Of a stretch of 64,000 bases of DNA, positions 49,152-58,631 are shown piece by piece. This stretch comes from Desulfobacterales bacterium (lineage in GTDB: Bacteria > Desulfobacterota > Desulfobacteria > Desulfobacterales > UBA5852). Positions within the stretch are counted from its first letter, which is position 1. The number at the start of each line of letters is the position of its first letter. Location: positions 864,001 to 928,000 of the forward strand of contig CAXXVS010000002.1 of NCBI GenBank assembly GCA_963674755.2, read 5' to 3'. Both the position numbers and the translations under genes were made by a program. The notes under the pieces are model-generated. The model saw only the letters and a list, made by a program, of their open reading frames with translations, did not search any database and had not been told where the DNA came from.

Positions 49152-50363
49152 ATGGACGACCTTAAGCACCTATCCGAACAGATCGCGCAATATCACGACG
49201 AACTGATCGCGCTGCGACGGGACTTCCATCAGCATCCCGAGCTGGGCTTCCAGGAATTTCGCACCGCCGACCGGATCGAAGCTTATTTGAAGGCGATCGG
49301 CTTGACGCCCTGTCGCATGGCCGGCACCGGGGTCGTGGCCTGTCTCGAGGGCGCGTACCCCGGTCCTGTGGTGATGCTCAGGGCGGACATGGACGCCCTG
49401 CCGGTCAGAGAGGCAAACGCGATCTCCTACAAATCGCAGAATCCCGGCGTGATGCACGCCTGCGGGCATGATGCCCACATGGCCATGCTGCTGGTGGCAG
49501 CCAAGGTGCTGGCGCAAAACAAACAGGATATTCCCGGAACGATCAAGTTCGTTTTCCAACCCAACGAAGAGATCGCCGGCGCCCTGCCGATGATCGAGGA
49601 GGGGGTTCTCGAAAATCCCAAGGTCGATGCCGTCATGGGGCTGCATGTCTGGACCCCGGTGCCATCCGGCAGGATCGGCATCACGGCTGGACCGGTCATG
49701 GGGGGATTGGATGTCTTCAAAATGACCATTTCCGGCAAGGGGGGCCATACCGGGGTACCCGAGGACGCGGTGGATCCCATCCTGGCGGCCGCCAATCTGA
49801 TTCAAACGGTGCAGATGGTCCAGACCCGGGAGATCAGCAACCTGAAGTCCACCATCATCATGTTCGGCCGGATTGCCGGGGGCACCAAAAGCAACATCAT
49901 CCCCGACAAGGTCGATCTGGAAGGATCGATCCGGTTTCTCTACCAAGGGGGGCCGGACAGTGAGGAACAGCCCACGGAACGGTTTCTGCGCGTTGCCGAA
50001 AGCGTCAGCCGGACCCATCGCTGCCAATGTGGCATCGAGATCATCCACGAGAACATTCCCCTGATCAACGACCCCGGCATGGTGGCGCTGGCCCGCGCGG
50101 CGGCGGCAGAGGTCTTCGGCGACAAAAACGCTGTGGTCGACAATCAGACGATTGCCAGCGAGGACTTTTCCGAGTTCAGCACGCGGGTCCCGGGCGTATT
50201 TATGTTTCTGGGGGCCGGCAACGCCGAGAAAGGCACGGCCTTTCCCCATCACAATCCGCGTTTCAACGTCGATGAAGATGTCCTGTTAAGCGGTGTCGCC
50301 ATGCACGTGCAAGGCGCCTTGCATTATTTGACCCGGATTTCAGAAGAAGGAGGTGAACGATAG
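49152..50363 (+). CDS. M20 family amidohydrolase (N-acyl amino acid deacylase type)
   Basis: HPELGFQE, RADMDALP, MHACGHDAH, FQPNEE, SEDFS and HHNPRF motifs. Confidence 0.9.
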   Translation: MDDLKHLSEQIAQYHDELIALRRDFHQHPELGFQEFRTADRIEAYLKAIGLTPCRMAGTGVVACLEGAYPGPVVMLRADMDALPVREANAISYKSQNPGVMHACGHDAHMAMLLVAAKVLAQNKQDIPGTIKFVFQPNEEIAGALPMIEEGVLENPKVDAVMGLHVWTPVPSGRIGITAGPVMGGLDVFKMTISGKGGHTGVPEDAVDPILAAANLIQTVQMVQTREISNLKSTIIMFGRIAGGTKSNIIPDKVDLEGSIRFLYQGGPDSEEQPTERFLRVAESVSRTHRCQCGIEIIHENIPLINDPGMVALARAAAAEVFGDKNAVVDNQTIASEDFSEFSTRVPGVFMFLGAGNAEKGTAFPHHNPRFNVDEDVLLSGVAMHVQGALHYLTRISEEGGER

Positions 50364-50438
50364 CGGCAACCCTAACCTAAATGATCACTCAACAGCCCAA
50401 GGCTCGCCCGACGAGCTGTTTACGAAAGGAGCCCCACC

Positions 50439-51488
50439 ATGAAGAAATCCATCCTGCTATTGACGACCATTTTGGTCCTCACGTTTTTCGGCACCGCCAT
50501 GGCCGCTAATTACAACGGTCCGGCCATCAATGCCAAGCTGGCCTCGGAAGAGATCGAAGGCGACTTCATGACAGTCTGGGCGCGGAATTTTTCCGACCAC
50601 ATGAAAGAATGGTCAGGCGGCAAGATCAATATCGAAGTCTATCCCTACGGCACCCTGGGAGCCACCGGCGACATCAACGAGTTGGCCCAGATGGGCGTGG
50701 TGGAGTTCGTTTTTTCCGACCATGCCTGGATCAGCTCCTTTGTGCCCCAGGCCCAGGCCCTGGCTCTGAACTACATCTTCCCCACCGAAAAAGTGCCCGA
50801 GGTGCTCGGCTGGATGGCCCAAAACGGTAAATTTCTGCCGCTTCTGGAAGACGCCTTCCGTAAAAACGGCTTGGTACCCCTGTCCATCATGTTCGAGGGT
50901 TGGCAGTGGGTCACCTCCAAGAAGCCGATTACTTCCCTGGCCGACATGAAAGGCCTTAAGCTCCGTCTGATGTCCTCCAAGCTGCTGGTGGAAGACTACA
51001 AGGCCTACGGGGCCAGCCCCACGCCCATGAGCTACGGCGAAGTCTACAGCGGCCTGCAGATGGGTCTGATCGATGCGCAGGTCAACCCCCTGTTCGCCAT
51101 CTATTCCATGAAGTTCTATGAAGTACAGGATTACCTTACCCAGCTCAAGAGCGAGCCGTTTATCGGGATTCCCACGGTGAACGAGGATTTTTTTAACAGC
51201 CTGCCCAAGGAAGTTCAGGATGAGATGCGCAAATTCTGGATCGACGCCATCGTGCCGGCCGGAAACTGGATCACCAAACGCAATGCCGAGGATATGGAAA
51301 AGATGAAGGCGGCCAAGCCGTCGCTCAAGTTCGAGGTCCTGGACAATGCCACCATCGCCAAGTTTAAGGCCCGGGCCGAAACGGTCTACCCGGAATATAC
51401 TAAAATTGGCGGTGACGGGGCCCAGGCTATTCTGGACGCCCTGTTGAAAGACATCGCGAATGCGAAAAAGGCCCTGAATATCAAATAG
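50439..51488 (+). CDS. TRAP substrate-binding protein DctP (TeaA/UehA-like)
   Basis: Signal peptide; EEIEGD, YGTLG, EGWQW, RLMSS and NPLFAI..KFYEVQ motifs. Confidence 0.85.
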   Translation: MKKSILLLTTILVLTFFGTAMAANYNGPAINAKLASEEIEGDFMTVWARNFSDHMKEWSGGKINIEVYPYGTLGATGDINELAQMGVVEFVFSDHAWISSFVPQAQALALNYIFPTEKVPEVLGWMAQNGKFLPLLEDAFRKNGLVPLSIMFEGWQWVTSKKPITSLADMKGLKLRLMSSKLLVEDYKAYGASPTPMSYGEVYSGLQMGLIDAQVNPLFAIYSMKFYEVQDYLTQLKSEPFIGIPTVNEDFFNSLPKEVQDEMRKFWIDAIVPAGNWITKRNAEDMEKMKAAKPSLKFEVLDNATIAKFKARAETVYPEYTKIGGDGAQAILDALLKDIANAKKALNIK

Positions 51489-51499
51489 GGAAAGAGCGA

Positions 51500-51526
51500 T
51501 CTGCCGCGGCCTTGCGCCGCGGCAGA
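51500..51526 (+). other. Stable intercistronic hairpin after dctP
   Basis: Perfect 11-bp stem TCTGCCGCGGC/GCCGCGGCAGA with no U tract; likely an mRNA stabiliser. Confidence 0.55.
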
Positions 51527-51560
51527 ACCTGCTTGTTTACCGCAGCCCGAAGGCAAGCTC

Positions 51561-52145
51561 ATGAAAACAGACAATGAACCTCCGGTGAACCCCAGCGCTC
51601 TGCGCCGTTTCAACCGGGGCGTCGGCAAGGTCATCAACGCGGTGGAAGTCTCCATTCTGGTGTTCTGCGTGGCGGCCCTGGGGGTGCTCTTGATCACGGA
51701 AGTGGTGGCGCGCACCTTTTTCCAGAGCATCTATTTCGCCGAAGAAATCTCCATGTTTCTCGTGATGCTGACGACTTTTGCCGGCGTGAGCTACGGCGTG
51801 CGCAAAGCCCGGCACATCCGTATGGGCGCCTTCCTGGACATGATGCCGCCTAAAATGGAAAAGACCTTCATCATTATCATATCGCTGATCAGTGCCGTGG
51901 TAATGGGGATCATGGCCTATTTTTCCTTCGAATACCTGATGAACGCCATGTCCCGGGGCCATATGAGCCCGGCCCTGCGGGTCCCCAAGTGGATCTTTTA
52001 TGTGATCGTACCGGTGGGCTTCGGCCTTGCCAGTATCCAGTACATCCGCACGATCATTAAAAACATCATCGAGAAGGAGCCCTGGCAGAGCCCGGACCAG
52101 CAGAGCGAATACGAAGATGAAGAGATCGGGGGGGCCTCGCTATGA
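51561..52145 (+). CDS. TRAP small permease DctQ (TeaB/UehB-like)
   Basis: Four TM helices; FAEEIS and RKARHIRM motifs. Confidence 0.88.
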   Translation: MKTDNEPPVNPSALRRFNRGVGKVINAVEVSILVFCVAALGVLLITEVVARTFFQSIYFAEEISMFLVMLTTFAGVSYGVRKARHIRMGAFLDMMPPKMEKTFIIIISLISAVVMGIMAYFSFEYLMNAMSRGHMSPALRVPKWIFYVIVPVGFGLASIQYIRTIIKNIIEKEPWQSPDQQSEYEDEEIGGASL

Positions 52146-53428
52146 CACTATTCGGCATCAGTCTGGCCAGTATGCTTTTGATCGGGTTCCCCTTCATGGT
52201 GACCCTGCTGGGATCCCTGATTCTCTATGTCTATGTTTATATGCCGGGCATGGCACCTAAACTGGTGACGACCATGGTGCAGCAGGTGATCACTGGTGTG
52301 ACGCCGCCGGCTCTGGTATGCGTGCCCATGTTCATCCTCTCGGCCAGTATCATAACCTCCGGCAAATCCGCCCGGCGGCTGATCGAGATGATCAAGGCTT
52401 TCGTGGGCCACCTGCCCGGGGGACTACCCATTACCACCAATGCCAGTTGCACCCTCTTCGGGGCGGTCTCCGGTTCCACCCAGGCCACCGTGGCCGCCAT
52501 CGGCGGTACCATGCGCCCCATGCTGCTGGAAGCCGGCTATCCCAGCTCCTTTACCCTGGGATTGATTATCAATTCCAGCGACATCGCTTTTCTGATTCCC
52601 CCCAGCATCGGCTTCATCGTCTACGGCGTGGCGACCAGCACTTCCATCGGAATGCTGTTTCTGGCCGGGGTCTTCCCGGGCCTGATGATCCTGATTATGT
52701 TTTCCACCTACTGCTTCATCTATTCCAAGATCAAAAAGGTGGGGGTTCTTCCCCGCGCGAACTGGTCCCAACGGTGGAAGGCCGTCCGCCAGGGGCTGCC
52801 GGTCATGGGGTTTCCGGTCATTATTGTGGGCGGCATCTACGCGGGCTACCTCAGTCCCACGGAGGCGGCGGCGGTATCCGTGGCTTACGCCCTGTTTCTG
52901 GAGACCGTCGTCTACAGAAGCATTACCTTTGAGCGGATCGTGGACGCCTTTCTGCAGACCGGCGTCATCACCGGCGTGGTGTTCATCCTCGTGGGAGCCG
53001 GACAGGCCTTCTCCTGGATGATCGGTTTCATGCAGATCCCCCAGCAAATCCTGCCTCCGTTGTTCGGCGCCGACCCTTCCGTCTTGCGGGTGATCGTCAT
53101 CGTGGTTTGCGTGTACTTCGTGGCCTGCATGTTCGTGGACCCCATCGTGGCCATCTTCATCCTGAGCCCCATTTTCCAGCCCTATGTCCTGAGCTCCGGC
53201 GTGGATCCGATTTTGCTGGGGACCCTCGTGACCCTGCAGGCGGCCATCGGTTCCGCCACGCCCCCCTTTGGATGCGACATCTTCACCGCCCAGCTGATCT
53301 TCAGACGACCCTATGTCGAGGTCATCGGACATGCCCTGCCGTTTATCCTGATCCTGATCCTGGCGACCGTCATCCTGGTCGTCTTTCCCCAGATCACGCT
53401 GTTTTTGCCGCAGTTGGCCATGGGATAG
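52142..53428 (+). CDS. TRAP large permease DctM (TeaC/UehC-like)
   Basis: GAVSGSTQAT, IPPSI, SPTEAAA and TPPFGCDIF motifs. Confidence 0.92.
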   Translation: MTLFGISLASMLLIGFPFMVTLLGSLILYVYVYMPGMAPKLVTTMVQQVITGVTPPALVCVPMFILSASIITSGKSARRLIEMIKAFVGHLPGGLPITTNASCTLFGAVSGSTQATVAAIGGTMRPMLLEAGYPSSFTLGLIINSSDIAFLIPPSIGFIVYGVATSTSIGMLFLAGVFPGLMILIMFSTYCFIYSKIKKVGVLPRANWSQRWKAVRQGLPVMGFPVIIVGGIYAGYLSPTEAAAVSVAYALFLETVVYRSITFERIVDAFLQTGVITGVVFILVGAGQAFSWMIGFMQIPQQILPPLFGADPSVLRVIVIVVCVYFVACMFVDPIVAIFILSPIFQPYVLSSGVDPILLGTLVTLQAAIGSATPPFGCDIFTAQLIFRRPYVEVIGHALPFILILILATVILVVFPQITLFLPQLAMG

Positions 53429-53672
53429 TGAATTGGCCGTGCCGGGTCCGCGACATTAATGCGGATTAAAGACGAGACTCAGCGATTAAGAGAGGGATGT
53501 GAAGAAGGAAAAAGGGTAAAAAGCGGCATTGAAAAGGAAAAGGGGACCGGCTGACCGACATTGTCCGTTTTCCCAGTGCCGCTATCCGTTTGTTTGACGT
53601 TTTGAATGACAACTGGAATGCCTAAATCGCCTACCGGTCATTCGCCTGTGGGTGATCGCATGAGGAAATCCT

Positions 53673-54683
53673 ATGGCAAAAAATCATGCCACCCAACAGA
53701 TGCCGACGCTGCATGACACCTATCTGGCCCAACGCCGCATCCAGCCTTTGATCTGGGAAACCCCGCTTAGGGAATGCCGCGAACTGGCCGAGCGAACCGG
53801 AGCCCGAAGCGTACACTTCAAACTGGAATGCCTGCAGCATACGGGCGCCTTCAAGGTGCGGGGGGCCGCCAACAAGATCCTTGGCCTAACGGATGAGGCT
53901 CGGCAAAAAGGCGTGGCCACCTTTTCAACGGGTAACCACGGCAAAGCGGTGGCTTTTGTGGCGGAAAGGAGCGGCATCCCGGCCGTGGTCTGCCTTTCCG
54001 AGCACGTGCCCGTCTACCGGGCGGATATGATCCGCGCCCTGGGGGCCGAGTTGTCCATCAAAGGCCAATCCCAGGACGAAGCCGAGGCCAACTACCATCG
54101 GCTCGTCGCGGAGCGGGGACTCGTTCCGGTGGTCCCTTTCGACGATCCTGCCATCATTGCCGGACAGGGCACCATCGCGCTGGAGATCCTGAAGACGCTT
54201 CCCGACACGGACATCCTTATCATCCAACTGTCCGGCGGCGGCCTGCTGGCCGGCATCGCCATGGTGGCCAAATCCATCAATCCTGCTATTCGGGTTGTGG
54301 GGGTCTCCCTGGAACGATCCCCGGCCATGCTGAAAAGCATCGAGGCCGGACGGCCGGTACAAGTGGAAGAGATGGACACCATCGCCGATTCGCTTCTGGG
54401 GGGTATCGGCAGGGATAACCACTACACGCTGCCCCTGGTGAGGCGCTTCGTGGACCACCATTTGGTCGTTGCCGAAGATCCTATTAAGGACGCCATGGTT
54501 TATCTCTTTGACCGGCATCGGCTAATTGCCGAGGGCGCCGCCGCTGTCGGGGTGGCCGTGCTGCTCCACGGAATGCTGAATGTAACCGGTCAGCGGGTCG
54601 TTACCTTGCTGTCGGGCAGCACCATCGATTCAGAGGTCTATCTCCAAGTCCTGCAAGAGAGGAGCAAGGCTTCGCCGATTTGA
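53673..54683 (+). CDS. eutB: Hydroxyectoine-utilisation dehydratase EutB-like (Thr dehydratase family, no ACT)
   Basis: GAFKVRGA, STGNHG, LSGGGL and ADSLLGGIGRDN motifs characteristic of EutB. Confidence 0.72.
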   Translation: MAKNHATQQMPTLHDTYLAQRRIQPLIWETPLRECRELAERTGARSVHFKLECLQHTGAFKVRGAANKILGLTDEARQKGVATFSTGNHGKAVAFVAERSGIPAVVCLSEHVPVYRADMIRALGAELSIKGQSQDEAEANYHRLVAERGLVPVVPFDDPAIIAGQGTIALEILKTLPDTDILIIQLSGGGLLAGIAMVAKSINPAIRVVGVSLERSPAMLKSIEAGRPVQVEEMDTIADSLLGGIGRDNHYTLPLVRRFVDHHLVVAEDPIKDAMVYLFDRHRLIAEGAAAVGVAVLLHGMLNVTGQRVVTLLSGSTIDSEVYLQVLQERSKASPI

Positions 54684-54712
54684 TAGTTGCAGGGTATGAA
54701 AGGGGGAACACC

Positions 54713-55750
54713 GTGAGATGGAAAACGACTATCCTGGCGACCGTGTTTGCCGGAACGCTCATCTTCGGGACCACCACGCAGGCTCTGGCTGTTAAGCGCT
54801 TATGGCAGATTGCGCTCGAGGAGATCGAGGGCAGTATGCAATTTGCATATGCCCAAAAATTTGTCAATGTTATCGAGACCAACACCGGCGCGGAGATTCG
54901 CTGCGAAATTCATCCTTATGGCGAACTCGGCACTTCGGGAGATATCACCCGGCTCCTGCAAAACGGCGATCTTCAGTTTGCGTTTCAATCACCCGGTCAT
55001 TTGGGTGCCATTATTCCCGAGGTGCAGGTTTTCTCCATTCATTATCTCTTCCCGACGGATTCCAAACAACTTGAACGGATGCTTCGTCATGGGCCTCAAA
55101 CCCGGCGCACGCTTGGGAAATATTACCGCCAAAACCGCCTGGAATTGCTATCCATCATCGCAGAGGGCTGGCAGATCTGGACGGCCGACAAACCCATCCG
55201 TTCGCCCGCCGATTTTAAGGGCGTCACTTTTAGGGTCATGTCCTCACCGCTGCTGATAACCGCTTATCGCCTTTATGGCGCCTATGCGATCACCGTGCCT
55301 TATTCGGAGATTTACACTGATCTTGAACTGGGGCGCATCGATGCCGAAACGCAGCCTTTTTTTGCCATCCAGGAAATGAAGTTCTATGAAGTCCAGGATT
55401 ACATGATCAATGCCCGGCAGCTGCCCTTTATTGCCACCTTTGTTGCCAACCGTGATTTCATGGACGGCCTGCCCGAAGAAATCCGTCAAACGATTCAGGA
55501 AGCCGTCGAGACGTCCAACGACTTCATTTTCGATCTGGAGGCGCGGATGAATGCCGAGCGGTATCAAATGATCATGAAGACCAAGCCCTCCATGCAATAT
55601 ATAGAACTGACCAAGCAAGAGATCGATGTTTTCCGGTCCAAAGCAAAACCCCTGCGCCAAAAATATTTGAAAATGGGAGGCACGGGGGCGCAGGAGGTGC
55701 TGGATGCGGTCCTAAAGGACAAGGCCTGGGCGGAGCAGCAGGGGAATTAA
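54713..55750 (+). CDS. Second TRAP substrate-binding protein (TeaA/UehA-like)
   Basis: ALEEIEGSMQFAYA, SPGHLG, EGWQIW, RVMSS and PFFAIQEMKFYEVQ motifs; GTG start. Confidence 0.82.
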   Translation: MRWKTTILATVFAGTLIFGTTTQALAVKRLWQIALEEIEGSMQFAYAQKFVNVIETNTGAEIRCEIHPYGELGTSGDITRLLQNGDLQFAFQSPGHLGAIIPEVQVFSIHYLFPTDSKQLERMLRHGPQTRRTLGKYYRQNRLELLSIIAEGWQIWTADKPIRSPADFKGVTFRVMSSPLLITAYRLYGAYAITVPYSEIYTDLELGRIDAETQPFFAIQEMKFYEVQDYMINARQLPFIATFVANRDFMDGLPEEIRQTIQEAVETSNDFIFDLEARMNAERYQMIMKTKPSMQYIELTKQEIDVFRSKAKPLRQKYLKMGGTGAQEVLDAVLKDKAWAEQQGN

Positions 55751-55818
55751 CACTTTCGGAAACATCTCACCAAGCTGTTAAAGAAGAGTGCCATTTACTT
55801 CACATAGAGGATGATCAT

Positions 55819-57000
55819 ATGAATAAAAATCCTTTGTTTACATTGGATATTTATCAACAGCGGGTGCGCGATGTCAAAGCGCGTATGGACCATGCGGGAA
55901 TGGAACTCCTGCTCGTGATGGATCCGGCCAACATGAATTACCTGAGCGGTTACGACGGCTGGTCCTTCTACGTGCACCAGGGTCTGGTGGTCGATTTGAA
56001 TGCCGAATGCCCCTTCTGGTTCGGCCGGGAGCAGGATTCCAACGGGGCACGGCTGACATCATGGCTTCCGGAAGAGGCCATCTACGGATATCCGGACCAT
56101 TATGTCCAATCCCGCTACACCCACACCATGCGCTATTTGGCCGACCTCCTGCGGGAGAAGGGGCTGGATCGGAAACGCCTCGGTCTGGAGATGGACGGCT
56201 ACTGGTTCAATGCCCGCATGTATCTGACCCTTCAGGAAGAACTGCCCCGGGCGCACCTGATGGATGCCACCCACTTGGTCAACTGGGTGAAAACCGTGAA
56301 ATCACCCGAGGAGATTGCCGTCATGCGCGAGGCGGCCCGTATCTGCGAGGAGGTCATGGGAACCGCCGTCGAGGAGATCGAGGTGGGCGTTTGGGAGAAG
56401 GATGTGGCCGCCAAGGTGTGCGCCGCCCAAATCGCCGGAACGGAGACCTTTGGGGGGTCTTCGCCGGCCATCTTCCCGATCATGCCCTCGGCCGAACGGA
56501 CTTCGACGGCGCATCTCACTTTCGATCCGGACCGGCGCTACCAGAAAAACGACGTGGTGCTGCTGGAGTTGAGCGGCGTCCGGCACCGCTACCATGCCCC
56601 TCTTTCACGTACGGTTTACTTGGGCGATCCTCCCGAAGACCTGCGCCGCACCGCCGAAGCGGTGATCGAAGGGCTCCAGAAGACGCTATCCTATATGGGG
56701 CCCGGGGTGACGGCGGAGGAGGTGGAGGCCTGCTGGCGTGAGGCGATTGCCCATACCGGCCTGGTCAAGCCCTCGCGGGTCGGATACTCTTACGGACTCA
56801 ACTATGTGCCGGACTGGGGCGAGCATACGGTAAGTCTGCGGCCTGGGGACAAAACGGTTCTCAAAGCGGGTATGACCCTTCATTTCATGCCGGGCATCTG
56901 GCTGGACGACTACGGATTCGAATGTAGCGAACCCGTCTTGATTAACGAGAGCGGATGCGAAAAATTTATCGAATTCCCTCAGGAACTGGTGATCAAATAA
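55819..57000 (+). CDS. Second EutD/DoeA-like hydrolase
   Basis: SGYDGWSFYVHQ, GYPDHYVQS and PDWGEHTVSLRPGD motifs; paralog of 47150-48322. Confidence 0.8.
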   Translation: MNKNPLFTLDIYQQRVRDVKARMDHAGMELLLVMDPANMNYLSGYDGWSFYVHQGLVVDLNAECPFWFGREQDSNGARLTSWLPEEAIYGYPDHYVQSRYTHTMRYLADLLREKGLDRKRLGLEMDGYWFNARMYLTLQEELPRAHLMDATHLVNWVKTVKSPEEIAVMREAARICEEVMGTAVEEIEVGVWEKDVAAKVCAAQIAGTETFGGSSPAIFPIMPSAERTSTAHLTFDPDRRYQKNDVVLLELSGVRHRYHAPLSRTVYLGDPPEDLRRTAEAVIEGLQKTLSYMGPGVTAEEVEACWREAIAHTGLVKPSRVGYSYGLNYVPDWGEHTVSLRPGDKTVLKAGMTLHFMPGIWLDDYGFECSEPVLINESGCEKFIEFPQELVIK

Positions 57001-57015
57001 AAAAAGGAAGCCTTC

Positions 57016-57393
57016 ATGGATAAAGAGGTTATCTACACGGCAGAAGCCCCTGAGCCCGGCCCCTATTCCCAGGCTATTCGTTACGGCAACCTCATTTTCG
57101 TGGCTGGTCAGACATCGGAAGATCCCGAGACCAGCTGTCCAGTGCACGGCTCCGTTACAGTCCAGACCGAGCGGATTATGCGAAATATCGAAACCATCTT
57201 GAAGGCCGCCGGCACCGGGCTTGAAAAGATTCTGCGGGTGGATGTCTACCTGAGCTCGTTGGCCTTCAAGCCGGAGTTCAACGCGGCCTACGCCCAATTT
57301 TTTGCAGGTGCTCCCCCGGTGCGCAATTGCGTGGCCGTAGCGGGGATTGATGATGGCCTGGATGTGGAGATTGAGGTCATCGCGGGGGTATAA
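57016..57393 (+). CDS. RidA-family enamine/imine deaminase
   Basis: GPYSQA, VAGQ, FNAAY, PPVRNCV and VEIEVIA motifs. Confidence 0.88.
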   Translation: MDKEVIYTAEAPEPGPYSQAIRYGNLIFVAGQTSEDPETSCPVHGSVTVQTERIMRNIETILKAAGTGLEKILRVDVYLSSLAFKPEFNAAYAQFFAGAPPVRNCVAVAGIDDGLDVEIEVIAGV

Positions 57394-57416
57394 ACCCCAA
57401 TAGCATGGGAAAGACG

Positions 57417-57445
57417 AAATGCCCCTCAAGCCGATAGGGCATTTT
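57417..57445 (+). terminator. Possible terminator of the catabolic cluster
   Basis: AAATGCCC/GGGCATTT stem with a short T run, 24 nt after the RidA stop. Confidence 0.45.
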
Positions 57446-57622
57446 GAATCAAATTCTCGTTCTCTCGACTTCATCAAGCCCTGCAGTGTAACCCCGCCTA
57501 CCGTTCCTCGAAAGTGCGTTGAATGATGAATAATTCAACGGCCATGGATTTCCCCTTTTCATTTGCGGTATTAGAGCCGGCCCAGAGGCGCGATCTAAGG
57601 CGCCTTCACAACTGAAAAGGGC

Positions 57623-57649
57623 TCAAGTTTAGAAAACGCCGGGCGATAA
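57623..57649 (+). promoter_or_regulatory. sigma28 (FliA) promoter of the stator operon
   Basis: TCAAGTTT-N11-GGCGATAA versus consensus TAAAGTTT-N11-GCCGATAA. Confidence 0.7.
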
Positions 57650-57831
57650 ACTATGTGATGCTGCCCTTTGGCAACTGGGTGGGCTTGGATGCCGTCGCGC
57701 TCCTAAAGAGCGGACCGACTGCGACGTTTGCCAAAGGCAGATTGGATTAAAGGGGGCCTGTTGCGTTGAAAGTCCGGCGGTTATCATCTTCAATCGTTTC
57801 AAATTAAACCTGGAGGAGAAGCGATAGGGTT

Positions 57832-58629
57832 ATGGATCTGGCAACCATCATCGGGCTGATCGGCGGCACAGGATTGATCGTCACTTCCATTGTGTTGGGG
57901 GGAAGCGCCTCTGTTTTTTTCAATGTGCCGAGCCTTCTGATTGTCGTTGGGGGAACCTTTGCGACGTCTTTTATAAAATTTACCCTGTCGGATGTTTTCA
58001 ATTCCATCCAGGTCGGCATGAAGGCCTTTCTTGTCAAAGTGGAACCGCCCGAGGACATCATCCAGACCATGATCGGTTATGCCAAAATGGCCAAAAAGGA
58101 GGGGCTTATCTCTCTGGACCAGGAAAACCCCAAGGACCCCTTTATGGCCAAAGCCCTTCGCTATTTATCGGATGGTTACGATGAGCACCTGATCGAGGAA
58201 ATGCTCAACAAGGACATCCGCATGACGGTGACACGCCACACCACCGGCCAAAATGTTTTCAAGGGCATGGGGGACTCGGCACCGGCTTTCGGCATGATCG
58301 GCACCCTGATCGGCCTGGTGCAGATGCTGAGCAGCATGAGTGATCCGGCAAGCATCGGACCTTCCATGGCGGTGGCTCTGCTGACAACCCTTTACGGTGC
58401 CTTGGTTGCCAATTTCATCTGTTTGCCTCTGGCGGACAAGCTTGCCTTGCGGAGTCAGCAGGAACAGCAGACCAAGTCCATCATACGGGAAGCGGCTGTG
58501 GGCATCAACCAGGCCCTTTCACCCATGGTGTTGGAAGAATCCCTGAAAATTTACCTTGCCCCTACGGGACGCAAGAAGAAAGATAAAAAAGTCGACGAAG
58601 AGAGCGAACCTGTCAAGGAAGCCGCCTGA
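57832..58629 (+). CDS. motA: Flagellar stator A subunit (PomA/MotP-like)
   Basis: MDLATIIG, APAFGMIGTLIGLV and GPSMAVALLTTLYG motifs. Confidence 0.9.
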   Translation: MDLATIIGLIGGTGLIVTSIVLGGSASVFFNVPSLLIVVGGTFATSFIKFTLSDVFNSIQVGMKAFLVKVEPPEDIIQTMIGYAKMAKKEGLISLDQENPKDPFMAKALRYLSDGYDEHLIEEMLNKDIRMTVTRHTTGQNVFKGMGDSAPAFGMIGTLIGLVQMLSSMSDPASIGPSMAVALLTTLYGALVANFICLPLADKLALRSQQEQQTKSIIREAAVGINQALSPMVLEESLKIYLAPTGRKKKDKKVDEESEPVKEAA

Positions 58630-58631
58630 TC

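Noticed and set aside
57655..57745. c-di-GMP-I (GEMM) riboswitch upstream of the stator genes
   Set aside because: Lacks the GEMM two-hairpin GNRA tetraloop/receptor consensus
41400..57800. attR duplicate of the tRNA-Leu 3' end
   Set aside because: No second copy of CCGGCCCCGGGCACCA found by eye downstream
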